64,000 nt of DNA from Thermodesulfobacteriota bacterium (GTDB lineage: Bacteria; Desulfobacterota_D; UBA1144; Nemesobacterales; UBA2774), in assembly GCA_021604765.1 (NCBI GenBank), contig BQJP01000003.1, positions 14,081 to 78,080 of the forward strand, given 5' to 3'. Made by a program: the position numbers and the translations under genes. The notes under the pieces were generated by a model, which saw only the letters and a list, made by a program, of their open reading frames with translations, made no database searches and was not told the origin of the DNA. Shown in pieces: positions 39,141 through 48,731 of the stretch; the stretch's first letter is position 1, and the number at the start of each line of letters is the position of its first letter.

Positions 39141-40649
39141 TTATCTATTAACATCAGACCAATCTTTAATTATTGTGTCCAATAAATGCTCTCCAAAATC
39201 CGATGCAGTTTTGATATCGTCTTTTGAGATTTCGACATTATTTAAGTACTGAAGCCTTAGAATATCTGAGTCTGAATACTCTGGAATTACATATCCATAG
39301 AAGAACCCTAGCTCTCTTAATTTAGAAGCTATGTATCCTGTCCCTTTATGATTTAGTGGTAGGTTTGCGTAAATACAATCTATTCTCTGAAGACAAAGCT
39401 GTTTTAAATGGAACCGAAATTCATCTAAAGTGTTATCTCCATATTTATCTATAGTGATAATCCCTTGATTGTGGTCTGACCTAATAGACACATTGAGATG
39501 TCCCTTCCCTTTTTCATTGTATTTTGAATCTTCGTTTTCTAAAATAAATTTTCTCTCATATCCTATTTTGTTATAGATGGTCTCAATTATTTCTTGATAT
39601 GCTTCAGGAAGATAAATTTTTGCATTTTTACTACTAAGTATTGGTGTAAACATAAGAGCTATGGATTGTCGTCTGGGTCTCTCGTTCTCAGATATATTTT
39701 GAAACGAAACAGTCCCCGGGCTATATCCTAAAAGAAACCCGGTTTCAGTAGAGCCTAGCTCAAGGCTTCCTTTTTGGCTATATGGATGAACGGTGACTGC
39801 TTCACCATAAACTCCAATTACTCCATTTGAGGAAGCGTGGTCAGTCATATAAGTTTTCATTTTTGGGAAAACATGATGACCACGATAGCGAGGATCAACG
39901 ACGGCTTCTCCCGATTCGCCAACTTTAGCGCCGGGTTTGCTATAAATTAAGGCTAGATGACCTATAAGCTCATCCTCACTATTATAAGCCCCACATGACG
40001 TCATTAAATCAGAGTGGAGACGGGCCTCAATCTGCTCGGGGTAGTACATAAATTCATTTGCATAACTGTATCCGTAGCATTTATAAACTAACCTTACAAG
40101 CTCATGAACCTTGCTATGATTGAAACTGTCTATTTTAATTTCTGCGTCTGATTGGGCTGCTTCTAGCTTTAGGTGTTCTTCGTGTTCAGAGATATCCATT
40201 TCATCTCTAATATCAGAAGCGGGCAAATTCTTAATTATTTCAGTTTTATTTCCTTGGGTTCCCAGGCAGTAAAAATTAACTTGATCTGCATATTCTTTAG
40301 ATAAGTATGATCTGAACCTTTTATCTTCACCTAGTTCTAGATTCTCATAATCAAAGGGGAGCCCTTTGTCTTCAAGTGATATTACAAAACTATGTAAACG
40401 TTTGAATATGGAAATATCAATTGATTTGCTGGCGTCATTCTGAAACCCATACTTCACTATATTCTTGAATATCTCTACTAATACTTTATCAAGGTTCTTG
40501 GTGTCTTTTTTGCCAATTCCATTGGCGTTAGCCAAATCGCTTACGACATCTATAATAGCGCTCAAGTACTTTTCTTCGGGCAAGATTGTAAGCTTCGCTA
40601 TTTGGACTTCATGAGAATTTTCCTGAAATTTTCCGGAGTTTTTGCTCAT
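39141..40649 (-). CDS. Two-domain protein: N-terminal anti-sigma-factor/serine-kinase-like (HATPase_c-type) domain plus C-terminal GNAT acetyltransferase domain; last gene of the pyruvate dehydrogenase operon
   Basis: The N-terminal roughly 130 aa resemble RsbW/SpoIIAB-type ATP-binding modules (LSAIIDVVSDLANANG...LVEIFKNIVKYGF). The C-terminal region has a GNAT acetyl-CoA-binding signature (VVDPRYRGHHVFPKMKTYM). The probable start is MSKNSG at 40649, 11 nt after the lpdA stop. Confidence 0.55.
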   Translation of the reverse strand: MSKNSGKFQENSHEVQIAKLTILPEEKYLSAIIDVVSDLANANGIGKKDTKNLDKVLVEIFKNIVKYGFQNDASKSIDISIFKRLHSFVISLEDKGLPFDYENLELGEDKRFRSYLSKEYADQVNFYCLGTQGNKTEIIKNLPASDIRDEMDISEHEEHLKLEAAQSDAEIKIDSFNHSKVHELVRLVYKCYGYSYANEFMYYPEQIEARLHSDLMTSCGAYNSEDELIGHLALIYSKPGAKVGESGEAVVDPRYRGHHVFPKMKTYMTDHASSNGVIGVYGEAVTVHPYSQKGSLELGSTETGFLLGYSPGTVSFQNISENERPRRQSIALMFTPILSSKNAKIYLPEAYQEIIETIYNKIGYERKFILENEDSKYNEKGKGHLNVSIRSDHNQGIITIDKYGDNTLDEFRFHLKQLCLQRIDCIYANLPLNHKGTGYIASKLRELGFFYGYVIPEYSDSDILRLQYLNNVEISKDDIKTASDFGEHLLDTIIKDWSDVNR

Positions 40650-40659
40650 ATGTGAAATT

Positions 40660-42090
40660 CTATCTATCTCTTTTGGGTTTGTACATATGGGTGCTGAGTC
40701 CATAGTAAACTTCAGCAGATTCCATTACTGTTTCAGATAATGTCGGATGGGCGTGTATTGTAAGCTCAAGATCAGAAGCCAGAGCTCCCATCTCTATTGC
40801 TAAAACCCCTTCTGCTATTAGCTCACCAGCCCCGGGGCCTACTATTCCCATACCCAGCACTCTATCAGTCTCAGGATCAATTATGAGCTTTGTGACTCCA
40901 TCATTCCTATCTAGAGTTGTAGCACGTCCGGATGCGCCCCATGGGAACCTAGCCACTTTGATATTTATCTTTTTCTCTTTCGCTTCTGTTTCGGTCAGTC
41001 CGCACCAAGCGATTTCAGGATCAGTGAACACTACAGCAGGAATAGCATTGGGTTCAAATGCTACATCTCTGCCCGCTATTACTTCTGCAACAGTTCTCCC
41101 CTCATGTGTGGCTTTGTGAGCTAGCATTGGTTCACCTGCAACGTCACCGATTGCAAAAATATTGCGGTCAGCTGTTCTTCTCTGTGCATCAATTGTTATA
41201 AAACCTTTAGAATCTATCTCTACTTTTGTGTTTTCCAGGCCGAGGTTTTCTGAGTTAGGTTTTCTTCCAACGGATACTAAGACCTTATCAAAATTCAACT
41301 CTTTTTCTTCTGCCCCTTCACCTTCGAAAGTAACCTTAATCCCTTTTTTCGTTTCTTCTATTTCTACAACTTTCGTGTCTAACAGAATTGCCTCATAAAT
41401 TGGTTCAGAGCTTTTTTGGAGAACTCTTACAAGGTCTCTATCGGCTCCTTGCATTAGACCTGAGGTCATTTCTACCACAGATACTTTTGTTCCTAAAGCG
41501 GCGTACACTGTGCCTAGTTCAAGCCCAATGTATCCCCCACCTACAACCAACATTGTTTTTGGGATTCCGGGTAAATCAAGTGCAGAGGTTGAATTTAGCA
41601 GGTGTGGAGAATCATTTGGGAAACCCGGTATCTGAGCCGGACGTGAACCTGTGGCGATTACTGCATGTTCAAATTTAAGTTCTATTACCTCACCGTCAGT
41701 CTTTTTTATCTCTAAAGTTTCAGAATCTACAAATTTAGCCCTACCCTGTATGTAGGTGATTTTTCTTTGCCTGGATAATATTCCGAGACCGCCTACCAGT
41801 TTTTCCACTACATTATTTTTCCAGTCGCGTAATTTGTCCAGGTCTATTTTCGGTTTGCTAAATGTGATTCCTAAATTCTTTAGATGTTCTGCTTCCGAAA
41901 TTACTTTCGCACTGTGGAGTAAAGCCTTTGACGGTATACAACCTCTGTATAGACATACGCCACCGGGATTATCTTCAGGGTCTATAATTGTGACTTCAAG
42001 TCCTAGGTCTGCCGCTAAAAATGCGGCTGGGTAACCACCTGGCCCTGCTCCGATAATTGCTACTTGTGTTTTAGTTTTTAAGTCACTCAT
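40660..42090 (-). CDS. lpdA: Dihydrolipoyl dehydrogenase (E3 of pyruvate dehydrogenase)
   Basis: GAGPGGY FAD motif, redox-active GGVCLYRGCIPSK, C-terminal HAHPTLSE dimerisation motif. Confidence 0.9.
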   Translation of the reverse strand: MSDLKTKTQVAIIGAGPGGYPAAFLAADLGLEVTIIDPEDNPGGVCLYRGCIPSKALLHSAKVISEAEHLKNLGITFSKPKIDLDKLRDWKNNVVEKLVGGLGILSRQRKITYIQGRAKFVDSETLEIKKTDGEVIELKFEHAVIATGSRPAQIPGFPNDSPHLLNSTSALDLPGIPKTMLVVGGGYIGLELGTVYAALGTKVSVVEMTSGLMQGADRDLVRVLQKSSEPIYEAILLDTKVVEIEETKKGIKVTFEGEGAEEKELNFDKVLVSVGRKPNSENLGLENTKVEIDSKGFITIDAQRRTADRNIFAIGDVAGEPMLAHKATHEGRTVAEVIAGRDVAFEPNAIPAVVFTDPEIAWCGLTETEAKEKKINIKVARFPWGASGRATTLDRNDGVTKLIIDPETDRVLGMGIVGPGAGELIAEGVLAIEMGALASDLELTIHAHPTLSETVMESAEVYYGLSTHMYKPKRDR

Positions 42091-42115
42091 TTTACTCTCT
42101 TAATATTTAATTGAC

Positions 42116-43522
42116 TTAGCCTTCTAGTGGTAGTTTGAAAGGTTCTTCGAGCGTTTCTATTATCCAGCGTAAAAATCTTATGGCATCAGCTCCATCTATT
42201 AGCCTGTGATCGTATGAAAGAGATAGAGGGAGCATAAGTCTTGGTAGAAATCCTCCATCTATATAGACGGGTTCAATTACTGAGCGAGAGATGCCAAGTA
42301 TAGCAACTTCAGGGGCGTTTAGCACTGGGGAGAAGTATGTGCCGCCAATTCCGCCTAAATTGCTAATGGTAAAAGTGCCTCCTTGCAACTCATCGACCGA
42401 GATTTTTTTGTTTCTGGCTTTTTCAGACAACTCACTCAACTCGACAGATAACTTTGTAATGTTTTTTTTGTTTGCATTTTTTATTACAGGTACTAGCAGG
42501 CCTCTGTCTGTATCTACGGCTACGCCAATGTTGTAATATTTCTTATATAAAATTTCTCCATTTTCCATATCCACGCTCGCATTGAATTGTGGAAAGACTT
42601 TAAGGGCAGATGCCACTACTTTTAATATGATTGAGGTCATAGTTAGTTTGCCTCCTGCATTGGCTACCTCGGGACCAAAATCTTTTCTGAGTTTCTCAAG
42701 CTCTGTAATGTCAGCTTTGTCATACTGTGTTACATGAGGAGCTTTCCATGCCTCGGTTAAGCGCTCTGCTGTAAGTCTTCGGACCTTGGACATGGGACTA
42801 CGGTTAATATCTCCCCATTTATCAGAGCTATCTTTTCCGCTAGGTTTTTGGGGTTTAATTACGGCGGGTTCTGGAGGTTGTTTTTTGGTCTTAGTTTTAG
42901 GTTTCTTACCGGGACTAAAGTTTCTAATGTCTTCTTCCGATATTCTTCCCCCAGGTCCTGTTCCTTCTACAAGGTTTATATCTACACCAATTTCTCTTGC
43001 TATTCTTCTTATAGTTGGTGAGGCTGGTACTGGGTTTTTGTCTGCGGGTTCAGGGGTATCTAAAACTTCTTTTTCCTCTGAACCTGTTGTTGAATTCTCT
43101 ATAGTTTCTAAATCTACTTCTGCTTCATCAAGTTCTTGATTTGTTGTGTCAGATTTTTCAGGTTCCGGCTCAGGATCTGCATCCATCTCTTCTTCAACTT
43201 CTTTTTCTGCAATTTCCTCTATTACTTCATCTTGTGTTTTAATTTTAGCAACTTTTTTGACTTGAGGGTTTTTACCATTTCCTTTCCCGTCATCTATTGT
43301 TACCAGCAGCTGGCCAACTTTTATAGTATCGCCTTCGCTTACATGCAGCTCTTTGATTACTCCTCCAGAAGGCGCTGGAATTTCAATTGCCGCTTTATCA
43401 GTCTCAATTTCCAGAAGCGCTTGATCTTCGGCTACCTTGTCTCCAACAGATACGAATACACCAATTACATCTCCTGTTTCAATGTCTTCTCCGAGATCGG
43501 GCAGTTTATATTCGATAGTCAT
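42116..43522 (-). CDS. aceF: Dihydrolipoyllysine-residue acetyltransferase (E2 of pyruvate dehydrogenase), single lipoyl domain
   Basis: Lipoyl-lysine motif (EIETDKAAIE); acidic/Pro-rich linkers; peripheral subunit-binding domain; catalytic DHRLIDGA. Confidence 0.9.
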   Translation of the reverse strand: MTIEYKLPDLGEDIETGDVIGVFVSVGDKVAEDQALLEIETDKAAIEIPAPSGGVIKELHVSEGDTIKVGQLLVTIDDGKGNGKNPQVKKVAKIKTQDEVIEEIAEKEVEEEMDADPEPEPEKSDTTNQELDEAEVDLETIENSTTGSEEKEVLDTPEPADKNPVPASPTIRRIAREIGVDINLVEGTGPGGRISEEDIRNFSPGKKPKTKTKKQPPEPAVIKPQKPSGKDSSDKWGDINRSPMSKVRRLTAERLTEAWKAPHVTQYDKADITELEKLRKDFGPEVANAGGKLTMTSIILKVVASALKVFPQFNASVDMENGEILYKKYYNIGVAVDTDRGLLVPVIKNANKKNITKLSVELSELSEKARNKKISVDELQGGTFTISNLGGIGGTYFSPVLNAPEVAILGISRSVIEPVYIDGGFLPRLMLPLSLSYDHRLIDGADAIRFLRWIIETLEEPFKLPLEG

Positions 43523-43603
43523 TTGGTTTTACCCCTTGAGTTTATCTACTACTAATTATAGCTAGTATACTGTGTAACTAAAATTAAATTAAAGTAATCA
43601 AAA

Positions 43604-46282
43604 TTACGAAATCAAAGGATTTACTTTGCTAGGATTTATATTCATGTCCAGTATAGCTTTTTCTACTATTGAAGGGTCGAGCTCTTTCTGCCAGGTTAAC
43701 GATGCAAGTACCGCTAGGGTTATGTATCTCCAGTCTACTTCAAAAAAGTCTCTAAGGGCTTTTCGACTAGCGCTTCTTCCAAAGCCGTCGGTTCCTAACG
43801 AAACAAGGGAGCGTGGGAGCCACTGAGAGATAGAATCGGGAAGGGCCATTACGTAATCTGAAGCGGCAACAAATACCCCTGGAGCATCCTTTACGCACTC
43901 AGTTATATATGGGATTCTTTTTATTTCTGAAGGGTGAAGCATGTTCCAGCGTTCTTTCTCAAGCCCATCTCTATATAGTTCTTTATAGCTAGTGACACTC
44001 CATACATCAGCAGCTATTCCATATTTCTCACCCAAAACTTCTTGCGCTTTTAGTACTTCATTTAGAATCGTGCCACTTCCGAAAAGCTGTGCGTGTAGTT
44101 TTGCTTTTTTATTCTCAGAATCTTTGAATTTATACATACCTTTTAATATCCCTTCTTTTACGCCTTCGGGCATTGGAGGTTGAAGGTAGGTTTCGTTCAT
44201 TACTGTTATGTAGTAGAAGATATCTTCCTGTTCTACATACATTCGGCGGATGCCGTCTTGTATAATTACAGCTATTTCATATGCGAATGCAGGATCATAT
44301 GCTTTAAGATTGGGAACAGGGTATGCAAGCAGGTGACTATGACCGTCTTGATGCTGTAGACCCTCGCCGGCTAATGTTGTTCTTCCCGAAGTTCCGCCAA
44401 CCATAAAACCTTTACACCTCATATCTCCAGCGGCCCAGACAAGATCACCAATTCTCTGAAATCCAAACATAGAATAGTATATAAAGAACGGTAGAGTGTT
44501 AATTCCATGGGTTGCGTAAGCCGTGCCAGCAGCAATAAATGACGACATAGAGCCCGCTTCTGTGATGCCTTCTTCCAGTATTTGGCCATCGACTGCTTCT
44601 TTGTAATAGAGAAGAGTTTCAGCATCTACAGGTTCATATAGTTGTCCTACATGGGAGTAAATTCCTACTTGTCTGAATAGAGCTTCCATTCCAAACGTGC
44701 GAGCTTCATCAGGCACTATCGGAACTATAAGCTTGCCGATATTTTTGTCCTTTAGCATCTTTGCAAGCATTCTAACAAATGCCATAGTTGTAGCGACTTC
44801 TCTTTCTCCCGACCCTTCGTAAAACTCTTCAAAGAGTTTCTCCGGAGGGGCTTTTATCGGATCGCATATCACCTCGCGCTTAGGAAGATAACCGCCGAGT
44901 TCTTTTCGTCTTTCTTTTATATACTTAATTTCCGGGCTGTCATCAGAAGGTTTATAAAAAGGAGCTCTTGATATATCTTCATCTGAAATTGGTATATCGA
45001 AACGTTTCTTAAATAACTTAAGCTCATCTTCGTTAAGTTTTTTCTGCTGGTGTGTAATATTTCTACCTTCCCCTGATTCACCAAGCCCATAGCCTTTTAT
45101 AGTTTTTGCTAGTATTACGGTTGGAGATCCAACGTTTTCAATAGCCGCTTTAAAGGCAGTAAAAATCTTTTCAGGGTCATGTCCCCCTCTTCTAAGTTTT
45201 TGAAGTTCAGTGTCTGATAGGCCTTTTACCATTTCTTGAAGACGTGGGTCTGTTCCAAAGAAATGATCTCTTATATATTCACCTGAAGCCACTGAGTATT
45301 TTTGATAGTCTCCATCCAATGCGTCGGTCATCCTTTTTACCAGGATGCCATCCTTATCTTTTGCAAGTAAGGGATCCCAGTTGCTACCCCATACTACTTT
45401 TATTACATTCCAACCAGCACCTCTGAAAATAGCTTCAAGTTCTTGTATTATCTTTCCGTTTCCTCTGACAGGACCGTCGAGTCTTTGAAGATTGCAGTTA
45501 ACTACAAAAATTAGGTTGTCCAGATGCTCTCTGGACGCAAGCGTTATAGCTCCTAAGGTTTCAGGCTCATCTGTCTCGCCGTCTCCTAAAAAAGCCCATA
45601 CTTTTGCATCAGAGGTTTTTTTTAGACCCCGGTCTTCCAAATACCGGTTAAACCTTGCTTGATAGATAGCCATTATAGGGCTAAGTCCCATAGAGACTGT
45701 AGGGAATTGCCAAAAATCAGGCATCAACCATGGATGAGGGTACGAAGTTAAGCCCCCTTCCGGTTGTAAATCACGTCTAAAGTTTTGTAGGTCTTCTATA
45801 CAAAGTCGTCCTTCGAGAAATGCCCTTGCGTATATTCCCGGAGCCGCATGACCTTGGAAATAAACTATGTCTCCCTCATGGTTCTCATTTCTCCCACGGA
45901 AGAAATGATTAAAAGCAACTTCATATAAAGCTGCAGCTGAAGCAAAGGTGGATATATGGCCACCTATGCCTTCCTCTAACCTGTTAGCTCGAACAACCAT
46001 TGCCATTGCGTTCCAGCGTATTAAGCTTCTAATCTTCCATTCAATTTCCGGGTCACCGGGATACTTGGGCTGTTTGTCGGTAGGTATTGTGTTTATATAC
46101 GGAGTGTTTGCTGTAAAAGGCAGCCTAACTCCTTTTTTCTGCGCATGAATTTGGAGTTTTTTAATTAATTTGGCTGCGCGCTGATCATCGCCATTCTCCA
46201 ATACATAGTCAAGCGATTCAATCCATTCTCTGGTTTCTAGTTCTTCTTCTTTTATATTCTTTTTCTTGGGATTTTTCTTCAT
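43604..46282 (-). CDS. aceE: Pyruvate dehydrogenase E1 component, homodimeric type
   Basis: 892 aa, a single chain of AceE-type length; TPP-binding GDGE...N motif region. Confidence 0.9.
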   Translation of the reverse strand: MKKNPKKKNIKEEELETREWIESLDYVLENGDDQRAAKLIKKLQIHAQKKGVRLPFTANTPYINTIPTDKQPKYPGDPEIEWKIRSLIRWNAMAMVVRANRLEEGIGGHISTFASAAALYEVAFNHFFRGRNENHEGDIVYFQGHAAPGIYARAFLEGRLCIEDLQNFRRDLQPEGGLTSYPHPWLMPDFWQFPTVSMGLSPIMAIYQARFNRYLEDRGLKKTSDAKVWAFLGDGETDEPETLGAITLASREHLDNLIFVVNCNLQRLDGPVRGNGKIIQELEAIFRGAGWNVIKVVWGSNWDPLLAKDKDGILVKRMTDALDGDYQKYSVASGEYIRDHFFGTDPRLQEMVKGLSDTELQKLRRGGHDPEKIFTAFKAAIENVGSPTVILAKTIKGYGLGESGEGRNITHQQKKLNEDELKLFKKRFDIPISDEDISRAPFYKPSDDSPEIKYIKERRKELGGYLPKREVICDPIKAPPEKLFEEFYEGSGEREVATTMAFVRMLAKMLKDKNIGKLIVPIVPDEARTFGMEALFRQVGIYSHVGQLYEPVDAETLLYYKEAVDGQILEEGITEAGSMSSFIAAGTAYATHGINTLPFFIYYSMFGFQRIGDLVWAAGDMRCKGFMVGGTSGRTTLAGEGLQHQDGHSHLLAYPVPNLKAYDPAFAYEIAVIIQDGIRRMYVEQEDIFYYITVMNETYLQPPMPEGVKEGILKGMYKFKDSENKKAKLHAQLFGSGTILNEVLKAQEVLGEKYGIAADVWSVTSYKELYRDGLEKERWNMLHPSEIKRIPYITECVKDAPGVFVAASDYVMALPDSISQWLPRSLVSLGTDGFGRSASRKALRDFFEVDWRYITLAVLASLTWQKELDPSIVEKAILDMNINPSKVNPLIS

Positions 46283-46470
46283 TGTATACCCAAATTTTAC
46301 AGCAGTTCAGGGTTTTTGGCTAACTTTTTTTAATATTATATATATTACCTTATTTTGATATTACTCTACAGAAATGGATTCTTAATAGTTGGGATAATTT
46401 CAGCAAAAACTAAATTTCAAGAGTTCCCAAGGATTGACCACTGTAGTATTGAATATATAATATCTGGACT

Positions 46471-47904
46471 ATGGAAAAATTTGACTTAACTGTAATTGGA
46501 TCCGGACCTGGGGGCTACGTTGGAGCAATAAGAGCTGCACAGCTTGGAATGAAGGTCGCTGTGATAGAGAGGGACAAACCCGGGGGTGTTTGTCTAAATT
46601 GGGGATGCATACCATCAAAGTCAATCTTAAAGTGCGCGGAAGTCTATCAATATTTCAATCATTCCGAAGAGTTTGGCATACAACATAAAGGCTTGTCTTA
46701 TGATTTTTCTAAAGTAATTGAGAAGAGCAGAAAGGCTTCTTCAACACTCAATAAAGGGGTTGAGTACTTATTAAAAAAGAACAAGATTACTCTTTTTAAT
46801 GGTGTCGGAACATTAATTACAAATAATAAAGTTGGAGTAACTAGTGAAAATGATCAAATTGAAATAGATACTGGGAAGATAATGATTGCTACAGGATCTG
46901 TTCCTGTAACACTTCCTGGTCTTGAGATAGATGGAAAGCTTGTAATGACAAGTGATGAAGCTATTTTTCATAGAGAGGTTCCGGATTCTGTTGTTGTTAT
47001 TGGAGGGGGGTATATAGGGGCTGAATTTGCTTATGTTTATAACTCTTTTGGAAGTAAAGTTACTATAGTAGAGATGATGGACAACATTATACCTGGCGCT
47101 GATAAAGAAGTGGCTGCAGAGCTCCAAAGGTTATTTAAGAAAAGTGGCATGACAATCCTGACAGGCACAAAATTCAAAGATATCAATAAGAAAAAGAAGA
47201 CAGTTGATGTAATACTTGAAAACGTTTCAAATCAGGCAGAGACCAAAATTACAGCTTCTATGGTGCTCGTAGCTGTTGGGAGAAGGCCTGTCGCCAATGA
47301 TGCGCCCACTTCTCTAAGCTTTTACAAGAAAGGCGGGGATATTGGGCTTAGCGATTTAAGAATAGAACTTGATGAAAGAGGCTTTATCAAGACAGATGAT
47401 GACTATATGACTACCTGCAGCAATGTTTATGCAATTGGGGATATAATTGGCCCCCCACTCTTAGCTCACAAAGCTTCGGAGGAAGGTGTTGCAGCAGTTG
47501 AGATTATGGCAGGTCAAACTAGTAAAGTTCACTATAATAATATTCCCGGATGTGTTTATTGTCAGCCCGAGGTAGCTACTATAGGGTTTACAGAAGAGCA
47601 GGTTCAGGATCATGGATATGACTACAATGTAGGCAAATTTCCTTTCCGAGCTGCTGGTAAAGCTGTTGGTACAGGTGAAACCGACGGATTTGTAAAGATT
47701 CTATCCGATAAAAGAACCGGTGAAATTCTGGGCACTCATATTATTGGCCACGGAGCAACTGAATTAATTGCAGAGTTGGCTGTTGCCAGAACTCTGGAAT
47801 CTACACCTCTTGAGATAGCTATTACTTCTCATGCACATCCTACTCTATCTGAAGCTGTTATGGAGGCTGCTCTAGCGGCAATGGGAAGATCTAGAAATTC
47901 CTGA
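46471..47904 (+). CDS. lpd: Dihydrolipoyl dehydrogenase paralogue (second Lpd)
   Basis: GSGPGGY, GGVCLNWGCIPSK, HAHPTLSE; 477 aa; divergent from aceE. Confidence 0.9.
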   Translation: MEKFDLTVIGSGPGGYVGAIRAAQLGMKVAVIERDKPGGVCLNWGCIPSKSILKCAEVYQYFNHSEEFGIQHKGLSYDFSKVIEKSRKASSTLNKGVEYLLKKNKITLFNGVGTLITNNKVGVTSENDQIEIDTGKIMIATGSVPVTLPGLEIDGKLVMTSDEAIFHREVPDSVVVIGGGYIGAEFAYVYNSFGSKVTIVEMMDNIIPGADKEVAAELQRLFKKSGMTILTGTKFKDINKKKKTVDVILENVSNQAETKITASMVLVAVGRRPVANDAPTSLSFYKKGGDIGLSDLRIELDERGFIKTDDDYMTTCSNVYAIGDIIGPPLLAHKASEEGVAAVEIMAGQTSKVHYNNIPGCVYCQPEVATIGFTEEQVQDHGYDYNVGKFPFRAAGKAVGTGETDGFVKILSDKRTGEILGTHIIGHGATELIAELAVARTLESTPLEIAITSHAHPTLSEAVMEAALAAMGRSRNS

Positions 47905-47931
47905 TGCGCTGATATCGTGGAAACCTGAACT

Positions 47932-48684
47932 ATGAATACACTCAATGTTTATAAAATTGGATTGGTACCCTATAGAGCTGTTCTTGATCTCCAGATGAGA
48001 CTTCTTGAGAAAAGAAAAAATGGTGAGATTAGTGATACACTTCTGTTGCTTGAACACCCCCCTACTTTTACTATAGGTCGAAAAGGAGATAAGGAGCATT
48101 TACTTATAAACGAGAAGTATTTGTCAGATCGTGGAATACATTTTGAAGAAATTAGTAGAGGTGGTGACATCACTTTTCACGGACCAGGTCAGCTGGTTGG
48201 CTATCCAATTATAGATCTAAACGCCAGGGGAAAGGATGTTCATAAATACTTGAGAGGCTTAGAGGAATTTATCGTCTCAGTCCTTGAAGGCTTTGATATT
48301 GAAGCTAACAGAATAGAGGGTTTAACAGGTGTTTGGGTGAACGGGCATAAAATTGCTTCAATAGGAGTTGGAGTAAAAAGATGGATCACATATCATGGTT
48401 TTGCTCTTAACGTTAATACTGATCTGTCCTATTTTGATATGATTGTTCCTTGCGGTATTCCTGATGTAACAATGACTTCTATTGGTGGATGGTTGGAAAG
48501 AAAGGATGAGCTGCCGATGGAAGAGATTGAGGAAGCTGTCATAAAAGAATTTATTAAAACTTTTGAATTTGATAATGCTAAAGTATTAACCACTTTTGAT
48601 AGTCGTATAGAGAATTTATTAGAAAATGATTTGCTCATGAATTTTGAATTAGATGTTGAGAAAGATAAGGATCTTCTCATATAA
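47932..48684 (+). CDS. lipB: Lipoyl(octanoyl) transferase with an about 40-aa C-terminal extension
   Basis: LipB motifs (LLLLEHPPTFTIGRKG, RGGDITFHGPGQLVGYP, catalytic C in PCG). Confidence 0.85.
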   Translation: MNTLNVYKIGLVPYRAVLDLQMRLLEKRKNGEISDTLLLLEHPPTFTIGRKGDKEHLLINEKYLSDRGIHFEEISRGGDITFHGPGQLVGYPIIDLNARGKDVHKYLRGLEEFIVSVLEGFDIEANRIEGLTGVWVNGHKIASIGVGVKRWITYHGFALNVNTDLSYFDMIVPCGIPDVTMTSIGGWLERKDELPMEEIEEAVIKEFIKTFEFDNAKVLTTFDSRIENLLENDLLMNFELDVEKDKDLLI

Positions 48685-48731
48685 AAATCTTAACAATATA
48701 AATTCTTACTTTTTCAAGCTAAACTATTCCT

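Noticed and set aside
43136-43555. 139-aa Cys/Phe-rich ORF on the plus strand
   Set aside because: It is the antisense translation of the acidic/Pro-rich linker region of aceF (E2). It is a low-complexity artefact, not a gene.
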